This document shows positions 40,609 through 50,054 of a DNA stretch of 64,000 bases, piece after piece; positions within the stretch are counted from its first letter, which is position 1; the number at the start of each line of letters is the position of its first letter. Source of the stretch: an uncultured Gammaproteobacteria bacterium (GTDB lineage Bacteria > Patescibacteriota > Patescibacteriia > S139-126); assembly GCA_964620905.1 (NCBI GenBank), contig CAZUKA010000002.1:191112-255111 (forward strand). The letters run 5' to 3'. Both the position numbers and the translations under genes were made by a program. The notes beneath the pieces are model-generated. The model had not been told where the DNA came from. It saw only the letters and a list, made by a program, of their open reading frames with translations, and searched no databases.

Positions 40609-40826
40609 TAGTCTACCAATAAACTTTCTTTCCACACCAGTTGCGGATCTCTATATAAATAATGAATAGCTTGTGAATCTTCACAAATTTTTTCCCAGGC
40701 AATAATTGCTAGTTCCCGAGCTTCCAGTTGTTGAGTAATACTTGTTGGACCGGATAGTTCATGGGTGTGAGTTGACACGTCACGGTCATAACCTGATTCA
40801 CCGCTAGTAAATACTAAATACCACAT
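40608..40826 (-). CDS. Hypothetical protein (72 aa)
   Basis: SD AAAGGA; upstream minus-strand TTGACA. Confidence 0.55.
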   Translation of the reverse strand: MWYLVFTSGESGYDRDVSTHTHELSGPTSITQQLEARELAIIAWEKICEDSQAIHYLYRDPQLVWKESLLVD

Positions 40827-40974
40827 GGTGTTTTCCTTTCGTTTGATTGTTAAATGACTTTTAATAATTAAATAAGACTAGTAAAATTTTTAGTTTTTGT
40901 CAATCAACATTTTTGTTAGTTGAAAATGATCTAAAAACGGTGATATACTAATAAAGTAATAATTAATCAATTAT

Positions 40975-41958
40975 ATGGACAACAATTTAAATAATACTCA
41001 AATAAATCAGAGTAAAAGTACCCCCAGGGATGTATTTTTACATTTACTAGCTATTGTTCTTTTGTATATCGGGATTTTTAGTTTAATTGCCTTGCTGTGG
41101 AAATATGTTGATGTTTTATTGCCAGATGAACTAAAAATATATTACAGCCAAGCTTCAGCGGTGATGAAAAATTCCATCGCGGCTTTGCTGGTAGTCTGGC
41201 CAGTATTTATTTTTGTCAATTGGCTGATCAAAAAAAATGAAAAAGCAGAAGTCGGTAAAAAAGAGTTGAAAGTAAAAAAATGGCTTCTCAACCTCACATT
41301 ATTTATTGCTGCACTTACGATGATTATTGATTTGATTATGTTGATTTACAACTTTTTAGATGGCAGTCTGACAATGAATTTCTTTTTGAAAGTATTGGTG
41401 GTATTGGTGGTAGCTGGAGTGGTATTTGGTTACTATCTCTGGGATTTGAAAGTTGAACAGTCGAAGTCAAAACCACTATCAAAAATATTTGCTTGGAGTA
41501 CCTCGGGTTTAGTATTGGTGGCGATTGTTGCTGGTTTTTTTATCATGGGTACCCCCCAAGAACAAAGGAACAAACGATTTGATGAGCAACGCGTGCAGGA
41601 TTTACAAGTATTGCAGTCAGAAATTATCAACTATTGGCAAGTTAAAGAAGTTTTACCACCAGATTTGTCGGTTCTAACAAACAATGTGACTGGATTTACC
41701 GCTCCAGTTGATCCAGCTAGCAAAGAGCCTTATGAATATGAAATTAAAGATGATCTGACTTTTACCCTATGTGCCAATTTTGTCAGTCCCACTGGTGATA
41801 CCAAAGTAGCTATGCCTCGCTATGATTATTATGGTTATGAAGCCAATTGGGATCATGGAGCTGGCAGGACCTGTTTTGATCGCATTATTGATCCTGATTT
41901 TTATAAAAAAACCGTTGATGATAAAACCCTACAGCCACCAGTCAATGAAATAAGATAA
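40975..41958 (+). CDS. DUF5671-like membrane protein
   Basis: Five TM, KKWLLNLTLF, GTP.EQR..RFDEQRVQDL, DP...PYEY, LCANF. Confidence 0.7.
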   Translation: MDNNLNNTQINQSKSTPRDVFLHLLAIVLLYIGIFSLIALLWKYVDVLLPDELKIYYSQASAVMKNSIAALLVVWPVFIFVNWLIKKNEKAEVGKKELKVKKWLLNLTLFIAALTMIIDLIMLIYNFLDGSLTMNFFLKVLVVLVVAGVVFGYYLWDLKVEQSKSKPLSKIFAWSTSGLVLVAIVAGFFIMGTPQEQRNKRFDEQRVQDLQVLQSEIINYWQVKEVLPPDLSVLTNNVTGFTAPVDPASKEPYEYEIKDDLTFTLCANFVSPTGDTKVAMPRYDYYGYEANWDHGAGRTCFDRIIDPDFYKKTVDDKTLQPPVNEIR

Positions 41959-41962
41959 GTTT

Positions 41963-42274
41963 ATGTCAACAAAAAAATTTATTTTTCAAGGTTTTATTCA
42001 GGCGACTTTGGCCGCAGTTTATATTGTCCTAGTTGCCTTGTTTATGAATAATGCTGAACGGATAATTGGCGATACTAAAACTTTTGTAGGGCCTGTAGCT
42101 TTTTTACTTTTGTTTGTTTTGTCAGCTGCCACCGTTGGATCATTGGTTTTGGGTAGATCTATTTTGATGTATATAGATAAGCAAAAAAGAGAAGCAGTAT
42201 ATTTGTTTAGTTCTACTATGGGTTGGCTGTTTGGTTATACGGTTCTGGCTTTGGTGATATTGTTGTTAATTTAG
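41963..42274 (+). CDS. Small membrane protein
   Basis: Three TM; FLLLFVLSAA. Confidence 0.65.
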   Translation: MSTKKFIFQGFIQATLAAVYIVLVALFMNNAERIIGDTKTFVGPVAFLLLFVLSAATVGSLVLGRSILMYIDKQKREAVYLFSSTMGWLFGYTVLALVILLLI

Positions 42275-42681
42275 AACTGGTTAAGTAAACAAAAATCCGA
42301 TTTCCCAGAATCGGGTTTTTTAATTGTAGTTAAGGTTAATAATAATTTTATAAAAACAACCAAAAAACAAGTAACAATAATTTATAAACAAAAAACTCAA
42401 AATGCAAAAATATAACTCAAAACTAAAAAATGACTTAACTTTTAGATGTTATAAATTGATAGTTTTGAGTTTGAAGTTGCAGTTTAAAATTTTGATTTAT
42501 TTATATTTTGTATCTGTTTTTGCATTTACTGATTTATCATTTTTGCCTGTCGGTTGATAGGTAAAATTTACAAATTTCACCTCTATCATACTTCCTTAAT
42601 TTTAATTCCTGTCTAGGCTTGACAAAATAGTAAAAAAGGTGTATAATGATATGATTTGTACAATAAAAAAAGGAAAATAAT

Positions 42682-42789
42682 ATGTTTGAAAGACAACTTG
42701 CATCACCTGTAAAATTTTTTTGGTTTATAACCAAAATATCCATAACAATTTTATTAGGTTTTGTAATATTATCTTACGTATTACATTAA
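42682..42789 (+). CDS. 35-aa hydrophobic small protein; not in ORF track
   Basis: MFERQLASPVKFFWFITKISITILLGFVILSYVLH; TTGACA-17-TATAAT (42619-47), SD AAGGA, downstream AGCTGC/GCAGCT-T6 hairpin. Confidence 0.65.
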   Translation: MFERQLASPVKFFWFITKISITILLGFVILSYVLH

Positions 42790-42855
42790 TTTAATATAGC
42801 TGCTCGTTAAAACGCGCAGCTTTTTTATTTAACAAATATTTTGTATGATTAGTAT

Positions 42856-43950
42856 ATGTCATCACTAATTATCAAAGAAAATGAATCACTTACCCGTCAC
42901 ACCAGTTTTCGGATCGGTGGTCCGGCAAAGTATTATATAGAAATTACTAACGCCAATCAGTTGGCAGAAGCTATAAATTTTGCTACTGAAAAAAAGTTGC
43001 CGTGGCTAGCATTGGGTGGTGGCAGTAATATGTTGGTGAGCGACAATGGTTATGATGGGGTGGTGCTACATATTATCCCCAAAGGTTTAAAACTGACTAA
43101 AATAGACGAAGGCAAGGTAGAGCTAAAGATCAGCGCTGGTGAAGTTTGGGATGAGGTAGTGGCTTTTGCGGTTTTACATAATTTATGGGGTATAGAAAAT
43201 TTGTCTCATATACCAGGTCTGGCAGGTGGGTTTCCAGTCCAAAACGTTGGTGCTTATGGTCAGGAAGCCAGCCAAGTTTTAACAGAAGTATATGCTTATG
43301 ATATTGCAGCTGACAGGCAAGTAGTTTTAAGTAAGGATGATTGTCAGTTTAGTTATCGACAGAGTATCTTCAATACCAGCCAAAAGGAAAAATTTATTAT
43401 CACCGGTTATGCTATAGAGCTTTCTACTAAGCCACAGCCAAATTTAGCTTATAAAGATTTAGCAGAATACTTTGTTGAAAAAAAACCAACTTTGTTGGAG
43501 ATTAGACGGGCGTTGATTGCTATACGCGATAAAAAATTACCTCATCCTAAGGATATTGGTAGTGCAGGATCATTTTTTAAAAATTTGGAATTAAGCCCAG
43601 ATGAATATAATAATTTGGCCAGTAACGTTAAAGAAAAATTGGGTGAAGAAAAATTTACTCTTTTAGAAAATATTAAACGCGAAATTCCAAGTGGTTATAA
43701 AGTGCCAACCGCTTTTGTAATTGACAAATTACTCAATCTCAAAGGCCTGCAAATTGGTGGGGCTAAGATTTATGAACAGCAAGCCTTGGTGATTACCAAC
43801 TACACAGGTAAAGCCAACGCCACTGATGTACTTATGATATTTAAAAAAGTAAGAACCCAAGCCAAACAATTGTTTGATGTTGAGATTGTGCCAGAACCAA
43901 ATTTGATTGGTTTTACTCAGGAAGAGTTGGATTATTATTTTTCTTTTTAG
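42856..43950 (+). CDS. murB: UDP-N-acetylmuramate dehydrogenase
   Basis: TSFRIGGPA, GGGSN, IPG, QNVGAYG, FSYRQS, SAGSFFKN. Confidence 0.95.
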   Translation: MSSLIIKENESLTRHTSFRIGGPAKYYIEITNANQLAEAINFATEKKLPWLALGGGSNMLVSDNGYDGVVLHIIPKGLKLTKIDEGKVELKISAGEVWDEVVAFAVLHNLWGIENLSHIPGLAGGFPVQNVGAYGQEASQVLTEVYAYDIAADRQVVLSKDDCQFSYRQSIFNTSQKEKFIITGYAIELSTKPQPNLAYKDLAEYFVEKKPTLLEIRRALIAIRDKKLPHPKDIGSAGSFFKNLELSPDEYNNLASNVKEKLGEEKFTLLENIKREIPSGYKVPTAFVIDKLLNLKGLQIGGAKIYEQQALVITNYTGKANATDVLMIFKKVRTQAKQLFDVEIVPEPNLIGFTQEELDYYFSF

Positions 43951-43977
43951 TTGAAAGATTTAAATTCATTTAAAATT

Positions 43978-44316
43978 ATGTCTGATTTAATTCAAAAAAA
44001 ATGTGTACCTTGTGAAGGTGGTGCCACACCTTTAAGTGGAAACGAGCTACAATATTATCTTAGGATGGTTAGTGGCTGGCAATTGGATACTACCCAAACT
44101 AAAATAGTTAAGCAGTATCAATGGCCTGATTTTGCTGGTGCCCTAAACTTTGTCAATCAGGCGGGCAATCTAGCGGAAAATGAGGGGCATCATCCTGATC
44201 TGGAAATTTTTGGCTATAATAAGGTAAAAATTACGCTCTTTACGCACGCTATTTCAGGATTATCAGAAAATGATTTTATCATGGCTGCCAAGATTGATGA
44301 GTTGGTAAAAGTATAA
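43978..44316 (+). CDS. Pterin-4-alpha-carbinolamine dehydratase
   Basis: CVPCEGG, AENEGHHPD, THAISGLSENDFIMAAKID. Confidence 0.92.
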   Translation: MSDLIQKKCVPCEGGATPLSGNELQYYLRMVSGWQLDTTQTKIVKQYQWPDFAGALNFVNQAGNLAENEGHHPDLEIFGYNKVKITLFTHAISGLSENDFIMAAKIDELVKV

Positions 44317-44416
44317 AAATACTAGTTGTGTATATCTGAGACTAGCAAATAAATAGACAGGTATTTTAAAATATGCTAAGATATAAAGGAATTTAATAAT
44401 TAATTAAGAGTTAAGT

Positions 44417-44698
44417 ATGGCAAAAATGACTAAGTCACAAATGCTCCAAGTTCTCGCCGAGAAGTCGGAGCTTTCCAAAAAGCAGGTTACTGCTTTGATG
44501 GATGCCATGGTCGAGTTGGCCTATAAGGAAGTAAAATCCAGTGGTCAGTTCGTTGTTCCTGGCATCGGTAAATTGGTAAAGGTCCACCGCGCCGCTCGTA
44601 TGGGCAGAAATCCAGCAACCGGTCAGCAGATTCAAATTCCGGCTAAAACGGTGGTAAAATTCAGAGTAGCCAAAGCCGCCAAAGAAGCCGTGCTCTAA
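44417..44698 (+). CDS. hup: HU family DNA-binding protein
   Basis: PGIGK...RAARMGRNPATG..IQIPAK. Confidence 0.93.
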   Translation: MAKMTKSQMLQVLAEKSELSKKQVTALMDAMVELAYKEVKSSGQFVVPGIGKLVKVHRAARMGRNPATGQQIQIPAKTVVKFRVAKAAKEAVL

Positions 44699-44762
44699 AA
44701 GTAAGTTTATTTATATTCAAAAAAGTCCAAACTGGACTTTTTTGAATATAGATTTGTTGGTC

Positions 44763-45920
44763 ATGCCTCCGCGTAAAAAAACATTTTGGTTAATTTATTT
44801 TTTAGGATTTTTGTGGTCCTTGTCTTTTTCTTTGCCAATTTATGTGCAATCAAGTTTTATTAGTTCGATTGTAAGTTTGGAAAATGTAGGATTGGTAATA
44901 TTTATAAGTAATTTAGTTTCTTTTTTAACCTTGGTGGGTTATAGTCGATTGATTCGTCGTTTTAGCAATTGGTATGTAGCTATTGTTATGGTGATATTGA
45001 ATTTAATTGCAGTGTTATTTTTAGTTTTATCTGTAGGTTTATGGTCGATCTTTTTTTATACCCTAGTGTTTGTAACTATGAATTTATTTGGAGTGAATTT
45101 GGATGTATTTTTAGAATCAATCTCCGAAGATAATATCACTGGTAGAATTCGAACTAATATGTTGACCGTTGCTAATGTAGCAATGTTTTTAGCACCTATG
45201 TTGATGGGTTATATTGTTGGTGATAACAATTATCTACGTATTTATATGATTGGTGGGGTGATATTTTTCCCCGTCTTATTTTTACTGTTTTATCAAAAAA
45301 AATTAGTGGTTGATCAGACTGAATATAATGAACGTTCTTTTAAAATATTACAAAAGGTATTTAAAAAAAATAAAAATATTCCTAGAGTTTTTGCAATTCA
45401 ATTTGCTTTGCGTTTCTTTTTTTCTGCTATGGTACTTTATACTCCTATATATCTACATGAGTATTTAGGATTTGGTTGGACTCAGATTGGTCCGATGTTT
45501 ACTATTATGTTATTGCCATTTTTACTTTTACAGATTCCCGCGGGTAGGTTGGCTGATAAAATTTTAGGGGAAAAAGAAATGACAATTTTAGGTCTTGTTT
45601 TTATGATCACTTTTACTACGGTTATCATTTTTTTCAATAGCGAATTGTGGTTATTGTGGGCTTTTGTTCTTTTTTTGACTAGGGTGGGTGCGTCTTTGGT
45701 AGAGGCAATGAATGAATCTTTTTTCTTTAAGCAAGTAAGTAGCAAAGACATTGATATTATCAATATGTACCGCGATTTACAACCGATTGGTTGGTTATCA
45801 GCAGCTGCGGTATCATTTGTTTTGTTGCACTTTTTTTCCATTTTATCTATTTTTGTTGCTATTGTTTTTGTTTTAGTTTTGGCTTTGTGGCCAGCAGTTA
45901 GATTGCAGGATACAAAATAA
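44763..45920 (+). CDS. MFS transporter
   Basis: About 12 TM; GRLADKILGEK loop motif. Confidence 0.85.
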   Translation: MPPRKKTFWLIYFLGFLWSLSFSLPIYVQSSFISSIVSLENVGLVIFISNLVSFLTLVGYSRLIRRFSNWYVAIVMVILNLIAVLFLVLSVGLWSIFFYTLVFVTMNLFGVNLDVFLESISEDNITGRIRTNMLTVANVAMFLAPMLMGYIVGDNNYLRIYMIGGVIFFPVLFLLFYQKKLVVDQTEYNERSFKILQKVFKKNKNIPRVFAIQFALRFFFSAMVLYTPIYLHEYLGFGWTQIGPMFTIMLLPFLLLQIPAGRLADKILGEKEMTILGLVFMITFTTVIIFFNSELWLLWAFVLFLTRVGASLVEAMNESFFFKQVSSKDIDIINMYRDLQPIGWLSAAAVSFVLLHFFSILSIFVAIVFVLVLALWPAVRLQDTK

Positions 45921-45923
45921 TAT

Positions 45924-46175
45924 ATGCCAGACAAAAAAAGCGACCAGGAAATAATTATTGCCACTAGACGTTTGATTGCTGCTTTGGACGTAACTTACAA
46001 TAAACCCGGCCTGATATTTTGGCGCGGGGTAATCAAAGGTATTGGTTATGGTTTGGGGGCAACTATTGGCGCGGCTTTAGTGTTGTTATTTTTATCTTGG
46101 CTTGCTCGGCAGTTAGGTGGAATTCCAGCCTTTACCGACTGGTTAAATCAGTTTAGTCAAAATTTACCTCTGTAA
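45924..46175 (+). CDS. DUF5665-like small membrane protein
   Basis: FWRGVIKGIGYGLGATIG. Confidence 0.65.
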   Translation: MPDKKSDQEIIIATRRLIAALDVTYNKPGLIFWRGVIKGIGYGLGATIGAALVLLFLSWLARQLGGIPAFTDWLNQFSQNLPL

Positions 46176-46215
46176 TTTTTTCATTTTTATTTGGGTTGCT
46201 GGTTTTGGGACAATT

Positions 46216-46242
46216 TGTTATAATCCTAGTATTGTACTAGGA
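46216..46242 (+). promoter_or_regulatory. Extended -10 with palindromic Rrf2 operator candidate
   Basis: TGTTATAAT overlapping TCCTAGTA-TTG-TACTAGGA (46224-42). Confidence 0.65.
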
Positions 46243-46328
46243 GTTTTTTATTAGTATAAAATATTTAGTGGTAAGTATTAAGCATGGGTAATTTAAAATT
46301 TATAATTTATAATCTATAATTTTTATCT

Positions 46329-46739
46329 ATGTCTTTCCTCAAGGCCTCAACCAAAGAACAGTATTTATTGCGATTGGCTCTGCGTTTGGCTGAGACTTTT
46401 TATTCTCAACAACCAGTATCTTTGCAACACATTTCCCAGCAAGAGCACATCTCCGAAAAGTATTTGGAAGAGTTGGTGGTGCCTTTAAAACAACAAGGAC
46501 TAGTTCAAGCTAAACTTGGACGCAAGGGGGGGTATATTTTTAAAAAAAATCCTCGCTTGGTTTCTGTTCGAGAGATTTTATGGTCAAATAAAAATCATCC
46601 CAAAGTTGCTATCTGCATTGAACACAAAAATCTTTGTCCCTTGGTCAATCATTGTCAAGCTAAAACAGTTTGGCAAAAGGTGCAGAGCGAAGTGGAAGGG
46701 ACCTTGGGAAAAATGACTTTATTTTCATTAATTCGTTAA
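46329..46739 (+). CDS. Rrf2 family regulator (IscR-like, three Cys)
   Basis: ISEKYLEELV..LK..GLV...GRKGGY; C-x6-C-x5-C. Confidence 0.88.
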   Translation: MSFLKASTKEQYLLRLALRLAETFYSQQPVSLQHISQQEHISEKYLEELVVPLKQQGLVQAKLGRKGGYIFKKNPRLVSVREILWSNKNHPKVAICIEHKNLCPLVNHCQAKTVWQKVQSEVEGTLGKMTLFSLIR

Positions 46740-46743
46740 TTTT

Positions 46744-47487
46744 ATGGCCACCTTATTGACAATAAAAAATTTACATTCCCAAATTGAAGATAAATTGATT
46801 TTACAAGGGGTCAATTTAACCGTGGCAGCTGGGCGAGTAGTGGCATTGATGGGAAAAAATGGTAGTGGTAAATCAACCCTAGCTCATGTATTGATGGGAA
46901 ACCCTGATTATCAAGTAACTGCTGGTAAAGTATTTTTCACTGGTAAAAATATTTTAAATTTATCTTCAGATGAGCGTGCACGTTTGGGTATGTTTTTAGC
47001 TTTCCAATATCCCTATGAAATACCAGGACTATCGGTTTATCATTTTTTACAAACCGCTACTCAAGCTGTGCGTGGAAAGAAATTCAATAGCAGTGATTTT
47101 AAGCAGGAGTTGAAATCAGCTTTGATTGATTTGAAATTATCAGAAAATTTTTTACAACGTGGTTTGAACGAAGGTTTTTCTGGCGGTGAAAAGAAACGCT
47201 TGGAGATTTTACAACTAAAAATATTGCGTCCCAAACTAGCTATTTTGGACGAGACTGATTCTGGTTTGGATATTGATGCGCTAAAATTGGTGGCGAGTAA
47301 TGTTCAAGGTTTAGTAAAAAAAGGTATGGCCGCTTTGGTCATCACTCATTATCAGCGGTTGTTGAACTTTTTACCACCAAATCAGGTGCAAATAATGCAG
47401 TCAGGTAAAATTGTAAAAAGTGGCTCAGGTGATTTGGTAAAAAAATTGGAGCGCCAAGGATATGATTGGTTGGAGAAAAAGAATTGA
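46744..47487 (+). CDS. sufC: Fe-S assembly ATPase SufC
   Basis: GKNGSGKST, FLAFQYP, NEGFSGGEKKR, LDETDSGLDIDAL, THYQRLL. Confidence 0.96.
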   Translation: MATLLTIKNLHSQIEDKLILQGVNLTVAAGRVVALMGKNGSGKSTLAHVLMGNPDYQVTAGKVFFTGKNILNLSSDERARLGMFLAFQYPYEIPGLSVYHFLQTATQAVRGKKFNSSDFKQELKSALIDLKLSENFLQRGLNEGFSGGEKKRLEILQLKILRPKLAILDETDSGLDIDALKLVASNVQGLVKKGMAALVITHYQRLLNFLPPNQVQIMQSGKIVKSGSGDLVKKLERQGYDWLEKKN

Positions 47488-47574
47488 GGGTAATTATTAA
47501 TTACTAATAACAAATTACTAATCAATGATTTAATTTTATAATTTCAAATTGAAAATTTATAATTATTATAAATA

Positions 47575-48975
47575 ATGTCTTCAGTAAAAAATATATCAAT
47601 TGATCCAGCTAAATATTATTTTCGCGATAGTCATCGTTCAATATTTCGCACGCCCAAAGGATTGAGTGCTGAAGTTGTAAAACTTATTTCAGCACAAAAG
47701 AAAGAACCAGCGTGGCTGTTGGAAATGCGGCTCAGAGCTTTGGAAGTATTTTATTCAAAACCTCTGCCCAGTTGGGGAGCTGATTTAACCAAAATTGATT
47801 TTTCCGATATTTATTATTATATTAGGCCAGCAGAAGAAAGGGGTGTTACTTGGCAGGATGTTCCCAAAAAAATAAAACAAACATTTGATCGTTTGGGTAT
47901 CCCTCAGGCTGAACGTAAATTTTTGGCAGGAGTTGGTGCTCAATATGAATCAGAGATGATATATCATAGTTTGAAAGACAAGTGGTCAAAGTTGGGGGTA
48001 ATTTTTGCTGATATGTCAGATGCACCAAGTTTGTATCCTGATTTGGTTAAAAAATATTTTGGGAAAATTATTCCTATTCATGACAATAAATTTGCTGCCC
48101 TAAACAGTGCGGTGTGGTCTGGGGGTTCATTTATTTATGTACCCAAAGGAGTAAAAGTAGAAGTACCATTGCAAGCATATTTTCGTATCAATGCCGCTGG
48201 TATGGGACAATTTGAACGAACTTTAATAATCGCTGATGAAGGTTCGGCGGTGCATTATATTGAAGGTTGTACCGCACCGATGTATTCCCAAGATTCTTTG
48301 CATGCCGCGGTGGTAGAATTGGTGGCCTTGCGGGGAGCTCGGATTCGCTATACCACTATTCAAAATTGGTCGCAGAATGTTTATAATTTGGTGACCAAAC
48401 GAGCTTGGGCTGAAGAAGAAGCGGTAGTGGAGTGGATTGATGGCAATTTGGGCAGCAAAGTAACTATGAAATATCCGTGTGTGATTCTAAAAGGAAGAAA
48501 AGCCAAAGCGGAAATTATTTCAGTGGCTTTTGCCAACCAGAATCAGCATCAGGATGCTGGTAGTAAAGTGATTCATTTGGCACCTGAGACCAGTTCCAAT
48601 GTGATTGCTAAATCAATTGCCAAAGGTAATGGCCGGACTAGTTATCGCGGTTTAGTACAAGTAGTACCGCAAGCAGGTAAAGTAAAAGTTAAGGTTAAAT
48701 GTGATGCGTTATTGATTGACGCAGAATCACGGAGTGATACTTACCCAACTATGAAAATTGACAATGATGATGTCAGTATTGAGCATGAGGCAACTGTAGC
48801 AAAAATTGGTGAGCAACAGCTTTATTATCTACAATCTCGGGGTTTGGATACAGAAACAGCCGAACGCTTGATTGTGTCCGGATTTTTTGAAGTATTTGCC
48901 CGTGAGTTACCAATGGAGTATGCCTTAGAATTAAATCGGTTGCTGGCTATGGAAATGGAAGGGAGTGTGGGCTAG
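47575..48975 (+). CDS. sufB: Fe-S assembly protein SufB
   Basis: AVWSGGSFIYVP, GQFERTLI, YIEGCTAP, VTMKYP, EHEAT, MEGSVG. Confidence 0.97.
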   Translation: MSSVKNISIDPAKYYFRDSHRSIFRTPKGLSAEVVKLISAQKKEPAWLLEMRLRALEVFYSKPLPSWGADLTKIDFSDIYYYIRPAEERGVTWQDVPKKIKQTFDRLGIPQAERKFLAGVGAQYESEMIYHSLKDKWSKLGVIFADMSDAPSLYPDLVKKYFGKIIPIHDNKFAALNSAVWSGGSFIYVPKGVKVEVPLQAYFRINAAGMGQFERTLIIADEGSAVHYIEGCTAPMYSQDSLHAAVVELVALRGARIRYTTIQNWSQNVYNLVTKRAWAEEEAVVEWIDGNLGSKVTMKYPCVILKGRKAKAEIISVAFANQNQHQDAGSKVIHLAPETSSNVIAKSIAKGNGRTSYRGLVQVVPQAGKVKVKVKCDALLIDAESRSDTYPTMKIDNDDVSIEHEATVAKIGEQQLYYLQSRGLDTETAERLIVSGFFEVFARELPMEYALELNRLLAMEMEGSVG

Positions 48976-48976
48976 G

Positions 48977-50047
48977 ATGAATAAAAGCTTATTTAAAAGT
49001 TATTATGGCCAGAAAAAATTAGCTCACATTGATTGGCCAAAAGTTTTGCGAAGTTGGGCAGTGGTTGATAAGATCAAATCAGATTTTTTTTTAAATCTAA
49101 AAGCTAGTCAAGATATAAGAATTACTGCTAGTGGCCAAGTTAGTTGGCAAATTTTTCGTTTTAATCAAGCACCCAAAGCTTGGCAACAAAAATATTTAAC
49201 CAGTTTGACTGGTATTAACTGGTTAGCTCAAGCTGCTTTAGCCGTTATCAAAAATCATTGGGTGGTTGGTATAAAAATTTCTGGACCCAGTATACTGTCT
49301 TGGCAAATTAAATCAGCCAACCCAGCAGGTATTTATTTTTATATTCAGGGTGAGGGAGAAATTACTATCAAAGAAGAGCAAATAAAACCAGCTTGTCAAT
49401 TGGTGATGATAGAGGTCGGTAATTTTATAAAATTAAATTATAGTTTAAATAAAAAACAACAGACAGGATCTTCAGTTTTGTCTTACCAGGCGCGTTTAAA
49501 CAAACAAACTGTTTGTCAGTGGGAAGTAGGAATAAAAAACAAAGCCTGGCTCGTAGGTTCTTTTAGTTCATACTTAGTGGGAGTTGGTAGCGTCAGTAAT
49601 TATATAGTGGGCGGTAGGGTATTGGGACAAGCAAAAACTTATTTAAATTTTATCAATCAACACTTATCTCCCCACACTACTGGGGATATGCTGATTAAAT
49701 CCGTGGGTGAGGATAAATCGCAAACTATACTGGAAGGGCTGATTGCTATCGGAAATAAATCAGCCAATACTAACTCATATTTACAAGAGGATGCTTTGTT
49801 GTTATCTTCTCAAGCTAGGGCTTCAGCTTTACCCAATTTAGAAATATTAAACCGTGATGTTAAAGCTTCACACGGAGCTACGGTGGGAAGGATTGATGAA
49901 ACTATGCTTTATTATCTAACGAGTCGCGGTTTAACTAAAGTTTTAGCCAAAGAACTTATACTGACTGGATTTTTTCATTCGCTTGGTAGTAGAATTACAG
50001 ATAGCCATCGGCAAACCAAATTATTTAATTTGTTATTAGCTAAATAG
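48977..50047 (+). CDS. sufD: SufD-like protein (divergent N-terminus)
   Basis: LPNLEI...DVKASHGATVG..DE..LYYLTSRG. Confidence 0.85.
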   Translation: MNKSLFKSYYGQKKLAHIDWPKVLRSWAVVDKIKSDFFLNLKASQDIRITASGQVSWQIFRFNQAPKAWQQKYLTSLTGINWLAQAALAVIKNHWVVGIKISGPSILSWQIKSANPAGIYFYIQGEGEITIKEEQIKPACQLVMIEVGNFIKLNYSLNKKQQTGSSVLSYQARLNKQTVCQWEVGIKNKAWLVGSFSSYLVGVGSVSNYIVGGRVLGQAKTYLNFINQHLSPHTTGDMLIKSVGEDKSQTILEGLIAIGNKSANTNSYLQEDALLLSSQARASALPNLEILNRDVKASHGATVGRIDETMLYYLTSRGLTKVLAKELILTGFFHSLGSRITDSHRQTKLFNLLLAK

Positions 50048-50054
50048 TAAATTT

